Positions 1-10,832 of a stretch of 64,000 bases of DNA are shown here, piece after piece. The notes under the pieces were generated by a model, which was given only the letters and a program-made list of their open reading frames with translations, had not been told where the DNA came from and searched no databases. The DNA comes from Candidatus Atelocyanobacterium thalassae (GTDB taxonomy: Bacteria > Cyanobacteriota > Cyanobacteriia > Cyanobacteriales > Microcystaceae), in the NCBI GenBank assembly GCA_051971635.1, contig JBFPLN010000001.1, positions 192,001 to 256,000 of the forward strand. The letters are read 5' to 3'. Position numbers and translations under genes: made by a program. Numbering within the stretch: position 1 is the stretch's first letter; each line of letters starts with the position of its first letter.

Positions 1-185
1 GTCTCATCTGATAAAACATTATAAGCTTCATTAATACTTTTAAACTTCTCTTCTGATGCTTTATCTCCTGGATTAACATCAGGATGATACTTTCGGGCGA
101 GTTTACGGAAAGATGTTTTAATTTCTTCTGCAGTAGCATTTTTCGCAACTTCTAAGGTCGCGTAATAGTTATGAATTTGTTGCAT
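1..185 (-). CDS. dnaJ: DnaJ-family co-chaperone (N-terminal J-domain; partial, runs off window start)
   Basis: Not in the ORF track. Manual translation from the ATG at 185 gives [61 protein letters not shown], a J-domain with the HPD motif. It lies directly downstream of dnaK on the same strand. Confidence 0.93.
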   Translation of the reverse strand, partial: MQQIHNYYATLEVAKNATAEEIKTSFRKLARKYHPDVNPGDKASEEKFKSINEAYNVLSDE

Positions 186-245
186 ATATCCAATGTTAAA
201 GAAAAATTGAGAATATTTAAAGTTGATACTGACTTATACTAAGAG

Positions 246-2393
246 TTAGAACCAATCATCGTCTTCTTCATCCCATTGATTTTCATTTGGTGTCTGATGA
301 GAATGGTTACGACCTTGATAGGGGCCATATCGATCCCGAGAATATTTTGAATTTTCTTTAGAAAAAGAGCGATTGTTTTTGCCTTCTTTAAAAGTATCAT
401 ATTGATCGTTATAACGTTCATATCTAGGAGGTTCGTGATCTTTAAGTTTTTGATAATAGGTAGAATTATAATCAGATTCATAAGATGTATATGAATCTAC
501 ATCAGAATCATTCGTGAAAGTTCGTTTAATAGATTCTAAAATACCTTCATCTTCCTCTTCATACTGTAAGCGCACCTCTCTATTTAACTCATACAATAAA
601 TCTTCTAGATCATCTTTCGCTTTATCTAAAGATCTTTCATCATCATTATTTAGGTTTTCAATAATTTCATTATTTAAAACTTCAATTTGACGACGATAGC
701 TATTGGTAAACTGAGCTCCAAAATCAAGAGTAATATCTTTTATTCTTCTTAACGCTTGATCTGTCAAAGCTTTGGCATTATTGCGTTTCTCTATTCTTTC
801 TCGTCTTTGCCGATCTTTTTCAGCAAATTTAGCAGCTTCTTGAATCATTCGGCCAATTTCTTTTTCGCTAATAGTCGAAGTTCCTTGAATAAGAACACTC
901 TGTTCTCTTCCAGTTGCTTTATCTCTTGCAGTAACTTGTAATATTCCATTAGCGTCGATATCAAAGGCAACTTGTACTTGAGGAATTCCTCTTGGAGCAG
1001 GTGAAATTCCTGTAAGTTTAAAACGTCCTAATGACTTATTATCAAAAGTCATTTCACGTTCTCCTTGAACGACATGAATTTCTACTATAGTTTGATTATT
1101 TTCTCCTGTTGAGAAAATATCAGAACGACGCACTGGAATAGTTGTATTACGAGGTATAAGCTTTTTCGTGACACCCCCTATTGTTTCTAACCCCAAAGAA
1201 AGAGGTGTTACATCTAATAATAATATTTCTTTAACCTCACCAGCTAAAATACCTGATTGAATAGCAGCGCCAACTGCTACAACTTCATCGGGATTAACAT
1301 TTTCATTAGGTTCTTTATCAATAAAGCTACGTACTAGAGATTTAATCATCGGCATTCTAGTCCCGCCGCCTACTAATACTACTTCGTCAATTTGAATAGG
1401 AGTTAATCTTGCATCATTCATCACTCTTTTTAGAGGGCGCTGTAAACGAGTCACTAAATCAGAACAAAGATCTTCAAATTCAGGGCGTGTTAGACGTTTT
1501 TCTATATGCTGTGGACCATTTTCTGTAGCAGTAATAAAAGGAAGATTTATATCAGTAACACTTACTCCGGAAAGTTCAATCTTTGCCTTTTCTGCTGCTT
1601 CAGTAAGACGTTGTAAAGCTTGTCTATCTTTTCTTAGATCTGTACCTTCATCTTTTAAAAATTGTTCGGCTAGCCAATCAACAATACGCTTATCAAAGTC
1701 GCTCCCTCCTAGCTGAGTATCACCACTAGTAGATTTAACCTCAAATACTCCATCTCCAACTTCTAAAACGGAAACATCAAAAGTACCGCCCCCTAAATCA
1801 AATACTAGGATTTTTTGAGATATTTTTTGATCTAATCCATAAGCCAGAGATGCTGCCGTTGGCTCATTTATTATTCTTAGTACCTCTAACCCTGCAATTT
1901 TTCCTGCATCTCTAGTAGCTTGTCTTTGAGAATCATTAAAATATGCAGGAACTGTAATTACTGCACTTGTAACAGGCTCTCCTAAATAACGTTCTGCTTC
2001 CTCAGCTAATTTCCTTAAAATAAATCCTGATATTTCTTCAGGAGCAAAATCTTTGTTTAGACGAGGACAGGCCAACTTAATATTGCCATTTTTATCTCGG
2101 CGAATAGTGTAAGGAACTTGCTTAGATTCATTAGTTAACTCATTATATTTACGTCCTATGAATCGTTTAACACTATGATATGTATTTTGGGGATTAAGAA
2201 CAGCCTGCCGTCGTGCCATTTGTCCTATTACTAATTCCCCATCCTTACTAAAGCCTACCATAGAAGGGGTAGTACGCATTCCTTCGGAATTGGCGATAAC
2301 TACTGGCTTGCCGCCTTCCATAACTGCGACTACAGAATTTGTTGTCCCCAGATCAATGCTAACTACTTTACCCATGTATCTTTTTTTCTCCAA
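246..2393 (-). CDS. dnaK: Molecular chaperone DnaK (cyanobacterial DnaK3 type)
   Basis: Hsp70 motifs [24 protein letters not shown]. The extended C-tail ends in WDEEDDDWF, typical of cyanobacterial DnaK3. The true start is probably MGKVV (ATG at 2375). Confidence 0.97.
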   Translation of the reverse strand: MEKKRYMGKVVSIDLGTTNSVVAVMEGGKPVVIANSEGMRTTPSMVGFSKDGELVIGQMARRQAVLNPQNTYHSVKRFIGRKYNELTNESKQVPYTIRRDKNGNIKLACPRLNKDFAPEEISGFILRKLAEEAERYLGEPVTSAVITVPAYFNDSQRQATRDAGKIAGLEVLRIINEPTAASLAYGLDQKISQKILVFDLGGGTFDVSVLEVGDGVFEVKSTSGDTQLGGSDFDKRIVDWLAEQFLKDEGTDLRKDRQALQRLTEAAEKAKIELSGVSVTDINLPFITATENGPQHIEKRLTRPEFEDLCSDLVTRLQRPLKRVMNDARLTPIQIDEVVLVGGGTRMPMIKSLVRSFIDKEPNENVNPDEVVAVGAAIQSGILAGEVKEILLLDVTPLSLGLETIGGVTKKLIPRNTTIPVRRSDIFSTGENNQTIVEIHVVQGEREMTFDNKSLGRFKLTGISPAPRGIPQVQVAFDIDANGILQVTARDKATGREQSVLIQGTSTISEKEIGRMIQEAAKFAEKDRQRRERIEKRNNAKALTDQALRRIKDITLDFGAQFTNSYRRQIEVLNNEIIENLNNDDERSLDKAKDDLEDLLYELNREVRLQYEEEDEGILESIKRTFTNDSDVDSYTSYESDYNSTYYQKLKDHEPPRYERYNDQYDTFKEGKNNRSFSKENSKYSRDRYGPYQGRNHSHQTPNENQWDEEDDDWF

Positions 2394-2785
2394 CTACTCC
2401 GTTTTAAATATGAGTGTTATTTATGCAAAAACTTAATTTTAATATATATTTCGCTAACGATAATGATATTGTATCTAATTATGTAAAGTTATTATGGCCA
2501 AATACATTAATAGTTTTCCTCAGTTAGAACTTATAGTTTTAGTAAATGAATAATATAAATATATGCATGTATACACTTATATTGTTTTTTATAATCTGAA
2601 CAGATATCTGATTGGTATTTAAATTATTAGGAGTAGAAAATATTTATATTTCACTAATTTTTTAGATTATTTTCTTAACTTTAATAAATATTAAATTTTA
2701 TTTATAAGAATAACAACAAATATATAAAGCTAAATCTTTCCTCACGATGCATGGTATTCAAGCATTAGTAGAATTAAAATTTAAA

Positions 2786-2825
2786 AACGTAGTAATAGAA
2801 AGTATTGGAAGTCTATTACTACGTT
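2786..2825 (-). terminator. 14-bp inverted repeat downstream of the nfu gene (putative terminator / 3' stem-loop)
   Basis: aacgtagtaataga (2786-2799) and tctattactacgtt (2812-2825) are perfect arms with a 12-nt loop, about 60 nt past the stop. Confidence 0.6.
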
Positions 2826-2882
2826 CATTAGCAAAAGAAAAAATACTTAATGATACATAGTTTCTTTCCAAGTCTTCAAATT

Positions 2883-3125
2883 TTAAAATGCTTGTTCAAC
2901 TTCTGAAACTTCAGGAATCATTTCTTTCAAACGCCTTTCAATTCCCATTTTGAGCGTCATGGTAGAACTGGGACAGGAACCACATGCTCCTTGTAAACGT
3001 AACTTTACGATTGCCCCGTCTATTTCAACAAGTTCTACGTTACCTCCGTCTGCTATCAAATATGGGCGTAACTCATCTAAAACTTGTTCGACATTAGTTG
3101 GTGTTAAGGCCATTACTTCTGACAT
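2883..3125 (-). CDS. nfuA: NifU C-terminal-like (Nfu) Fe-S cluster carrier
   Basis: 80 aa with [12 protein letters not shown] and [11 protein letters not shown] (CxxC), the Nfu domain. Confidence 0.93.
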   Translation of the reverse strand: MSEVMALTPTNVEQVLDELRPYLIADGGNVELVEIDGAIVKLRLQGACGSCPSSTMTLKMGIERRLKEMIPEVSEVEQAF

Positions 3126-3688
3126 ATTTACCTCGATTATATTGAATTAAAATTAGGGGGATTAAGAGATTTATTCTCTTTTACCCAATGAATAAAAACT
3201 ATAGAAGACTTTTACTTGCTAGTAATGCTAGTGTAACTCATGATTGTAGAAACTGTATTTTAAGTTAAGATTCTATTTTGTATCTTGATACAAATATGTT
3301 AAACATAATCGAAGTTAGAATATTTACTAAGAACTTTAATAGATACAAAAATGGACCTTAAACCTACTTAATAAGATACAACCATAATTATTAAGCGTCT
3401 AAAAATATAGCTAAAAAATAGTATAAAGTTCAACATTCACCTTTTTAATTGCTAAATTATGCATTATTTTGATTAGTATATATTAAAGCTTATTTACACT
3501 TTCATTCTCCGATAGTGTGACCAGTTTAGCTATTGTAAATAGTACAATTTTCTAGTTTCTAAATGGTCTCTTTTTACTTTTATTAATTAAAAAGTTTGAT
3601 GACTATAATTTAAGTAGAACTTATTTTCATTCTATTAAGTAGTTGGTATAAATATAATTAATATATATCAACTACTTAATAAAATCAT

Positions 3689-5239
3689 CTAGCTTTCTGA
3701 ATTTTGATTTTTTAGCAATGGAAAAGCAATTACATCTTTTATACTTGAGGAATTTGTCAACAACATAACAAGACGATCAATACCAATTCCCAATCCTCCA
3801 GTAGGTGGCATTCCATACTCTAAAGCTGTTAAAAAATCTTCGTCTATATTGTGAGCCTCTAGATCTCCTGATTCTTTTTTTAAAGCCTGCTTTTCTAGTC
3901 TTTGTCGTTGATCAATAGGATCAGTTAATTCAGAAAAACTGTTTGCTAGTTCTCGTCCCATTGCATAGAGTTCAAATCGTTCAACTATATTTTCTTTAGT
4001 ACGATGAGGCTTCGCTAATGGAGAAATTTCAATGGGAAAATCTAAAATAAATGTAGGTTGTATTAATGTCTCTTCTACAGTTTGTTCAAAAACTTCGTTA
4101 AGTAAATTTCCTAAAGTCTGACATGTTTCTGAAACTTGTACTCCTATTTCACTTACTGCTATTTTAGCTTCTTCAAAATCTCTAAAACTATTAAAGTCTA
4201 AATTATTTTTCTCTTTAACTATTTCATGCATAGTAATTCTGCGCCAAGGCAGTGAAAAATCAATTTCTTGTTCCTGGCACTTGAAAATCATGCCTTTATC
4301 GATATCATGAACAATCTTAGTAATGAGTTTTTCTGTTAAATCCATCATGTCATTATAATCTGAATATGCTTCATAAATTTCAATAGAAGTAAATTCTGGA
4401 TTATGTTTAGTTGAAATTCCTTCATTACGAAAAATTCTACCTATCTCAAATACTTTTTCAAATCCACCAACTATTAACCTTTTCAAATGTAATTCTGTCG
4501 CAATCCTCAAATACAAATCCATATTCAATGTATTATGGTATGTTGTGAAAGGACGGGCATCCGCTCCACCTGCTTCAGAATGTAAAACAGGTGTTTCTAT
4601 CTCTATGAAACCTTTCTCTTCTAAAAAATTACGAATAGAAGATATTATCCTTGAGCGAGAACGAAAAGTTTCTCGTGTATTAGGACTAACTATTAAATCA
4701 ATATATCTTTGACGGTAACGCTTTTCTTTATCAGTTAAACCATGCCATTTATCAGGAAGTGGTAATAAGGATTTGGTTAAAATCTCATATGTTTTCACTT
4801 TAATAGACAGTTCACCCTTTTCTGTCTTTTTTATACTTCCTCTGACTCCAATAATATCACCAGTATCTATCAGTTTTTTAAGATGATTAAAGGAGTCATC
4901 TATATTGTTCATATTACTTTGAATAATATTTTTATCAAGATATAGTTGAATAGTCCCTGTCTCATCCTGTAAGGTAAAAAATGCAAGTTTCCCAAAAACT
5001 CTACGAGCCATCACTCTTCCAGCAAGTGAAACTTCTATCTCTACTTCTTCCCCCTGGCTCAAATCAGTATAAGATTTCTGCAAACAAGCAGCATTGTGAG
5101 TAGATTTCCACTGATAAGCATAAGGAGTCAAACCTAATTTTTTTAACTCTTCTACCTTTGCAAGACGTGTAGCACGAATTTCTTGTAAGCTAGAAGTAGA
5201 TTGAGCTTCTTGCTGTGATAAATTAAAAGACATTTGCAA
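3689..5239 (-). CDS. lysS: Lysine--tRNA ligase (class II)
   Basis: OB-fold N-terminus, [41 protein letters not shown]. Confidence 0.98.
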   Translation of the reverse strand: MQMSFNLSQQEAQSTSSLQEIRATRLAKVEELKKLGLTPYAYQWKSTHNAACLQKSYTDLSQGEEVEIEVSLAGRVMARRVFGKLAFFTLQDETGTIQLYLDKNIIQSNMNNIDDSFNHLKKLIDTGDIIGVRGSIKKTEKGELSIKVKTYEILTKSLLPLPDKWHGLTDKEKRYRQRYIDLIVSPNTRETFRSRSRIISSIRNFLEEKGFIEIETPVLHSEAGGADARPFTTYHNTLNMDLYLRIATELHLKRLIVGGFEKVFEIGRIFRNEGISTKHNPEFTSIEIYEAYSDYNDMMDLTEKLITKIVHDIDKGMIFKCQEQEIDFSLPWRRITMHEIVKEKNNLDFNSFRDFEEAKIAVSEIGVQVSETCQTLGNLLNEVFEQTVEETLIQPTFILDFPIEISPLAKPHRTKENIVERFELYAMGRELANSFSELTDPIDQRQRLEKQALKKESGDLEAHNIDEDFLTALEYGMPPTGGLGIGIDRLVMLLTNSSSIKDVIAFPLLKNQNSES

Positions 5240-5401
5240 TATAAATTATATGGTTTTTGAAAATTGAATAAGGTCTGAGCTTATTAATTGAGCTATTATT
5301 ATAGCGTTACAGATACTTGAAACAGATATTTTACTAATCACACATCACGATATTTTTATATTTATTTCTCCATATATCTTAGAAGTGGGAAGTACTATTT
5401 C

Positions 5402-5443
5402 AAAAATAAATAGTTGATGACTGTACAACAACTATTTATTTTT
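5402..5443. repeat. 15-bp inverted repeat in the lysS/ktrB divergent spacer
   Basis: aaaaataaatagttg (5402-5416) and caactatttattttt (5429-5443), 12-nt loop. Confidence 0.7.
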
Positions 5444-5749
5444 TCACTAATTATATTTCTTCTATCATGAAATATGAAACTCCATATTCAAAAATGTATT
5501 CAGACAAACAAAAATACTCATGTTATATTTATTTAAGTACCATTAACAATATTAATATTTAGATTTTTAGGAATATTAAAAAAGTTTATGTAGCTATTTT
5601 TTTAATATCGATATGGTTTATTAAAAATTAATTTAACATACATTATACAGTCTTATAATGTGACATAGATTAAGGTTTAATTAGTAGATAATAGTATCTT
5701 TTATATTTATGTTAAGGTATGAGCGATTCAGTCCTATCAAGAATTTTTA

Positions 5750-7120
5750 TTGCTAATGACAATTGCAAGGACAATTTGCCTAGGTTTTCTCGCAGTAATT
5801 TTAGTGGGCACATTATTACTGATGTTGCCATTTGCTACTAGTAATGGAAATTGGAGTAATCCCTTAGTTGCCTTGTTTACATCTACCTCTGCTGTATGTG
5901 TAACAGGACTAGTTGTTGTTGATACCGGGAGTTATTTCTCTTTTTGGGGTCAGCTAGTCATTTTACTGCTGATCCAAATAGGAGGCTTAGGATATATGAC
6001 AACAACAACTTTTCTTATTTTAATATTGGGTAGAAAATTTGATCTTAGACAAAAGTTAGCAATTAAAGAACCATTTGATAGTTCTCATTTGTATGGTAGT
6101 AGCCAAAACATAATTATTTCAATTGTTGCAACGACCATGATCTTCGAAATTCTCGGAATCTTATTGATGCTTAACGTGTTTTCGGATAAATATGGAACTC
6201 TTCAAGGTTTATGGATAGCTACTTTTCATAGTATTAGTGCTTGGAATAATGCGGGGTTTAGCTTGTTTCCGGATAGTTTAATTAGTGTCGGTGATTCTTT
6301 TATAATCAACTTTGTAATTTCTGTTTTGATTATATTTGGAGGTATTGGTTATCAAGTTATTATTGAAATGTACATAGCAATTAGACATAAGCTAAAAAAT
6401 AAGCAAGAAAGATTAGGATTTTCCCTGAATTTTAAAGTTGCAATTAGTACAACTATTACTTTGCTGATTGCTGGCACGATAATATTTCTCATAGCTGAAT
6501 ATAATAATCAAGCTACTTTGGGACCACTAAATTTTCACAACAAATTGTTAACAGCTTGGTTTCAATCTGTTACTACAAGAACAGCTGGGTTTAACAGTAT
6601 CGATATTAGAAACATGACTTTTGCTGGTCTATTTTTAACTATGGGGCTAATGTTTGTAGGAGCAAGTTCTAATGGGACGGGAGGAGGTATTAAGACTACA
6701 ACACTTTGTATCTTGACTAACTGCACACGTTCTGTTTTGAGAGGAAATCATGAGGTAGTAATGTTTCGTAGAGAAGTTCCTGTTTCTTTAATTTTGAAAG
6801 CAGTTGCTGTCGTGTTTGGCTCAACAAATATGGTTGTTTTAATGACATTATTGATTTCGTTATCTGAGGCTAGTTTAAATCCTACTTTTTTTGACTCTGG
6901 AATAAGTTCATTACAAGTTTTGTTTGAAGTAATTTCTGCATTTGCAACTGTAGGACTGTCTACAGGGATTACAGCTGATTTATCTTTTCTATCACAACTT
7001 TTGTTAATTTTAACAATGTATGTTGGAAGAGTAGGAATACTTGTTTTTATAGCAGCTGTTTCTAAAGAATCTCGGCCACGATTAATACAATATCCTGAAG
7101 AAACTTTATTGGTCGGATAA
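5750..7120 (+). CDS. ktrB: Ktr/Trk-type K+ uptake membrane subunit KtrB (NtpJ)
   Basis: Four pore-loop motifs SAVCVTGL, SAWNNAGF, TRTAGF and SAFATVGLS; GTGGGIKTTT; adjacent to ktrA. Confidence 0.93.
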   Translation: MLMTIARTICLGFLAVILVGTLLLMLPFATSNGNWSNPLVALFTSTSAVCVTGLVVVDTGSYFSFWGQLVILLLIQIGGLGYMTTTTFLILILGRKFDLRQKLAIKEPFDSSHLYGSSQNIIISIVATTMIFEILGILLMLNVFSDKYGTLQGLWIATFHSISAWNNAGFSLFPDSLISVGDSFIINFVISVLIIFGGIGYQVIIEMYIAIRHKLKNKQERLGFSLNFKVAISTTITLLIAGTIIFLIAEYNNQATLGPLNFHNKLLTAWFQSVTTRTAGFNSIDIRNMTFAGLFLTMGLMFVGASSNGTGGGIKTTTLCILTNCTRSVLRGNHEVVMFRREVPVSLILKAVAVVFGSTNMVVLMTLLISLSEASLNPTFFDSGISSLQVLFEVISAFATVGLSTGITADLSFLSQLLLILTMYVGRVGILVFIAAVSKESRPRLIQYPEETLLVG

Positions 7121-7177
7121 GTTGCAAATTTGATATTATTATATGTAGCTATTTCTAAACAAGGGTGAGGTATTAAT

Positions 7178-7870
7178 TTGAAGTCCTTAAATTTTTTAAG
7201 TATTCTTCGCAGAGAAACCCGTCAATTTGCAGTAATTGGACTAGGACGCTTTGGACGTTCAGTATGTAGAAACCTTCATAAATTAGGTTATGAAGTATTA
7301 GGAACAGATATAAAGGAATCTTTAGTATCTCAAGTTTTAGCTGAAAACATTGCTTCCAGTGCCATTAAATTAGATTCAACCAAACCCAATGCTTTAAAGG
7401 AAGCAGGTATTTTTGAATTTGATACTGTTATTATTGCTATTGGTAATTATCTAGAAGAAAGTATTGTTACTGCTTTAAATGTTAAAGAAGGAGGTGTAAA
7501 ATATGTAATTGCCAAGGCCTCTTCTGATGTGCATGGTAAGCTTCTTCAAAAAGTTGGGGCTGATCTAGTTGTATATCCTGAATATCAAGCTGGATGTGAT
7601 TTAGTTCATTTACTTACACAAAATCCTAGAATTATAGAAAGGTTTGAACTTGATCCTGATCATAGTATTGTAGAAACTCGTATTCCTCAAGAGTTCCATG
7701 GGATAGCTATTGAAGAATTAAAGCTTAGAAGTCGATATGATATAAGTGTATTAGCAGTAGGTAATGATGATAAATTCAAAATTAATCCTTCGCCCCAAGA
7801 GAAATTAAACAAGAATTTATCAATGGTTGTTATTGGTTCCAATAAGGCAATTCAAAAACTACCTCTATAA
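7178..7870 (+). CDS. ktrA: Ktr K+ uptake regulatory subunit KtrA (RCK/TrkA domains)
   Basis: FAVIGLGRFG Rossmann motif, TrkA-N and TrkA-C; follows ktrB. Confidence 0.92.
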   Translation: MKSLNFLSILRRETRQFAVIGLGRFGRSVCRNLHKLGYEVLGTDIKESLVSQVLAENIASSAIKLDSTKPNALKEAGIFEFDTVIIAIGNYLEESIVTALNVKEGGVKYVIAKASSDVHGKLLQKVGADLVVYPEYQAGCDLVHLLTQNPRIIERFELDPDHSIVETRIPQEFHGIAIEELKLRSRYDISVLAVGNDDKFKINPSPQEKLNKNLSMVVIGSNKAIQKLPL

Positions 7871-7871
7871 G

Positions 7872-8426
7872 TTAGATATCAGGAAAAACATTATTATTTT
7901 TAATTGATGTAGAATTTAAAAGAAATAGAGATGCGCGAGCTATGGCCTCATGGGACAAGTTGATTTTAGTTAACTTTATTAAACCTTCTTTAATAAACAT
8001 ATCTCTAATTGAGGTTTTACTACCTTTGTTAAATTCCGTCTCATAAAAAACTTCTTTAATTCCAGCAGAAATTATTAGTTTTAAACAAGACATACAAGGT
8101 TCTAACGTTACATAAATAGTAGACTCATTGGTAGAAATGCTATGTTTTGCTGCCTGTGCGATTGCATTTGCTTCTGCATGTACAGCCCGTGAAGGCAAAT
8201 TACTGGAAGAAATGCAGCTGTTAAGTCCTGGATAGCAAACACCCTGAGTTATGCAGTGAGTAGAATTAGCAGGAGGTCCATTGTAGCCAGTAGATAATAC
8301 TTGTTTATTTTTTACAATCACAGCACCTACTGGGAAAGCTAAGCAAGTAGATCTTGTAGCAGCCAATTTAGCCATCATCATAAAATATTCGTTCCAAGTA
8401 AGTCTTTTACCTTTTAGATATGTCAT
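7872..8426 (-). CDS. dCMP deaminase (ComEB-like)
   Basis: WNEYFM...A.RSTC, GYNG, and the zinc motifs HAEANA and PCMSC. Confidence 0.92.
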   Translation of the reverse strand: MTYLKGKRLTWNEYFMMMAKLAATRSTCLAFPVGAVIVKNKQVLSTGYNGPPANSTHCITQGVCYPGLNSCISSSNLPSRAVHAEANAIAQAAKHSISTNESTIYVTLEPCMSCLKLIISAGIKEVFYETEFNKGSKTSIRDMFIKEGLIKLTKINLSHEAIARASLFLLNSTSIKNNNVFPDI

Positions 8427-8458
8427 AAAAATAGTTATGAAAATTATTTAGAAAAACA

Positions 8459-8890
8459 CTAGATTCCTGTTGATCCAAATCCATTGGTGCCTCTTATTGA
8501 AGATTTTAAAGAGTTTACTTCTTCAATTTCAACATGCATGATAGGTACAATAACCATCTGTGCGATTCTCATACCTGGTAAGACTTTAAATGATCTTGAG
8601 CCGTGATTGATCAAAATTACTCCAATTTCTCCACGATATCCTTCATCAATAGTTCCCGGAGTATTTAAAACAGTAATTTGACTTTTTAAGGCTAAGCCAC
8701 TTCTAGGACGAATTTGTGCTTCTGTCTTGGGAGGTAGTTCAATGGAAATACCAATTTTGACTAATTTACTTTCACCAGGTTTAATTTCTATTTCTTCTAC
8801 AGCTCTTAAATCCATTCCTGAATCTTTACAATGTTCGTATTGTGGAATAACTGCAGAATCCTTTAATTTGACTATTTTTAGCTTATTCAT
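8459..8890 (-). CDS. dut: Trimeric dUTP diphosphatase
   Basis: [41 protein letters not shown]. Confidence 0.97.
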   Translation of the reverse strand: MNKLKIVKLKDSAVIPQYEHCKDSGMDLRAVEEIEIKPGESKLVKIGISIELPPKTEAQIRPRSGLALKSQITVLNTPGTIDEGYRGEIGVILINHGSRSFKVLPGMRIAQMVIVPIMHVEIEEVNSLKSSIRGTNGFGSTGI

Positions 8891-9071
8891 ATGAGTATTT
8901 ATCTATATCGAAAAATCAAGTTAACTTAAAATTCTACCGAAAATAATTATAAAAAATAAGTATTTACCAAAATTTGTATTTTATATATGAAAGTTTAACT
9001 ATCCTAACAAAATTATATTCTGATATCAAAAGCTATAAATACTTACATAATAATCTCAAGGATTCATCAGA

Positions 9072-10586
9072 CTAGTTTTTAATTGTTAAAGGTTTATCTT
9101 GTTGGTAATAATAAAGTTTATTAGTCAAGCAAATTTCTGCTTTTTGCAGTTCTGCTCCTAAGTACATAGCATGCTTTATTCCAATACCAGGACACTCTTC
9201 TGCAATTTTATTATAGATTTTTTTGGCAGATTTACCAAAGTAGCAATTTACAATTTCTCCTGATCCTGGGGTAATATGTTCAACAGATATTTGATTATTT
9301 TTAATGAAGATTAAATAGCTTCCACTAGGATCAGCATATTGCTTTTCTTGACATATTTTTTTATATTCTGCATCTACTATTTTGTCTGCATATTCCCAGC
9401 AATCATTATAAATATGAGCACTTTGACTAATAGTAATTAATGGACCAACTTTTAATTCATGGTTCGATCTATTTTGTATTTCTTTAATAATATGTACTTG
9501 TAATGCTCTTAAGCCCATCGCATTTGAAGGCCATGCAGAAAACATATCATTGCTACGAAATGTAGCTGTTAAAGATAATTCATTATCAATAGTTCTTATC
9601 CAAATATGATTTAGACAAGGAGGACTATCGTTATTATCATGATCGTGAACATCCCATAGAGACATAACAGCTCTAGAAGAATTAATATCAGAAATCAGTA
9701 AATTGATAACTTGTTCAATTTGATCTTTTTTAAACCAAGATCTTAATCTTTGTCCATATGTATACTTAATTCCTTCTCGTTGTGGAGAATCATCAAGAAT
9801 TTGAGATATGTAGTCACTGATAAACTCTTTTTTTATAGGAAGATAATTAGGCTCAGGAAAATAAAAATTTAATGGCTCATCCGTAACAACAGCTGTAATA
9901 TCAATTAATTCTTGCCATTTTCCATATTCGGTTGGCCTAATTCTTCCAGTTGTTTTAATACGATGTAATATTTTGACCCAAGTTTCTGCTACTGTATTAC
10001 CTTCTATCCGATGACAATATTTAGTTCCCGGACGTATTTTTGAATCGATTTCTGTAAAAGGAAAAGTTAGAGGTTTGTTCCAAGGCTTTTTTTTCTTTTT
10101 GTAATTAAGCTCCTTCACGTAATCAATGGCTTCAGGAATAGACTTAACTTCTCTATGAACTATAGATTCACGAAGTGATTCTAATACATTAGCAGGAATT
10201 TCTATATCTATATATCCGAGAATATCGGAATCGATAACCCATACATCTTTCCCTATGTGATCAACTCCTATCTTAAAACCTTTATTTAAGAAATCTAATA
10301 GACATTGACATCCCCCTGCATTTCGATCCTCTTTCGTTGATTGCAAGATAGTTAATGAAATCACATGAGGATTTGCCAGTAAATTTCTTATTAAGGGGCT
10401 AATACCTCTCGTTGGACTGTATAGGTTGCCAATAACTGCATACTCTTTCGATGTCAAATATTTTGCAACTGACTCTTTAACGGTCCATCCAGTAATAATA
10501 GCTGTTTGTCCATAACCACAAATTAATTGGTTAGGTTTATAATGCGGAGCATAATTAAATAAATAATTTGATGATGTTATATCCAT
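9072..10586 (-). CDS. Thymidylate synthase-like three-domain protein (MtrA-like N-domain + ThyA core + DUF4346-like C-domain)
   Basis: ThyA catalytic pattern: YTYGQRL, SSRAV, PPC(324), R(344)SND..., N(355), SAHIY. About 180 extra N-terminal residues and about 85 extra C-terminal residues. Co-oriented with dut and dCMP deaminase. Confidence 0.85.
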   Translation of the reverse strand: MDITSSNYLFNYAPHYKPNQLICGYGQTAIITGWTVKESVAKYLTSKEYAVIGNLYSPTRGISPLIRNLLANPHVISLTILQSTKEDRNAGGCQCLLDFLNKGFKIGVDHIGKDVWVIDSDILGYIDIEIPANVLESLRESIVHREVKSIPEAIDYVKELNYKKKKKPWNKPLTFPFTEIDSKIRPGTKYCHRIEGNTVAETWVKILHRIKTTGRIRPTEYGKWQELIDITAVVTDEPLNFYFPEPNYLPIKKEFISDYISQILDDSPQREGIKYTYGQRLRSWFKKDQIEQVINLLISDINSSRAVMSLWDVHDHDNNDSPPCLNHIWIRTIDNELSLTATFRSNDMFSAWPSNAMGLRALQVHIIKEIQNRSNHELKVGPLITISQSAHIYNDCWEYADKIVDAEYKKICQEKQYADPSGSYLIFIKNNQISVEHITPGSGEIVNCYFGKSAKKIYNKIAEECPGIGIKHAMYLGAELQKAEICLTNKLYYYQQDKPLTIKN

Positions 10587-10783
10587 AAGTAACTATCAGA
10601 GACATTTTCAATATTTTTTTATAAGATTATCCAAAAGATAATTGATTATTATAAAAAAAATCAATTTAACAGAGCACTCCCTATAATAATTTTTCAATTA
10701 ATTATGTCAGATTATTTTCTCTGATTATCTGAACAATGCTATTTTAGATTACCTCTCGAAAATATAGAAAGGTTATTTACTGT

Positions 10784-10811
10784 AGAAAAGTCAAAACTTA
10801 TTGACTTTTCT
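10784..10811 (-). terminator. 11-bp inverted repeat downstream of rseP
   Basis: agaaaagtcaa (10784-10794) and ttgacttttct (10801-10811), about 20 nt after the rseP stop. Confidence 0.55.
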
Positions 10812-10832
10812 GTTCTTATGTTTTTGCTATAG

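Noticed and set aside
239..941. Short ORFs 239-481 (-) and 756-941 (+) overlapping dnaK
   Set aside because: Alternate-frame or antisense shadows of a well-supported gene, with no recognisable motifs.
7872..10586. Prophage or DNA-hypermodification origin for the TS-like/dut/dCMP deaminase cluster
   Set aside because: No phage, integrase, glycosyltransferase or kinase genes are adjacent. Composition matches the flanks and the neighbours are housekeeping genes. Hydroxymethylase activity is not excluded biochemically.
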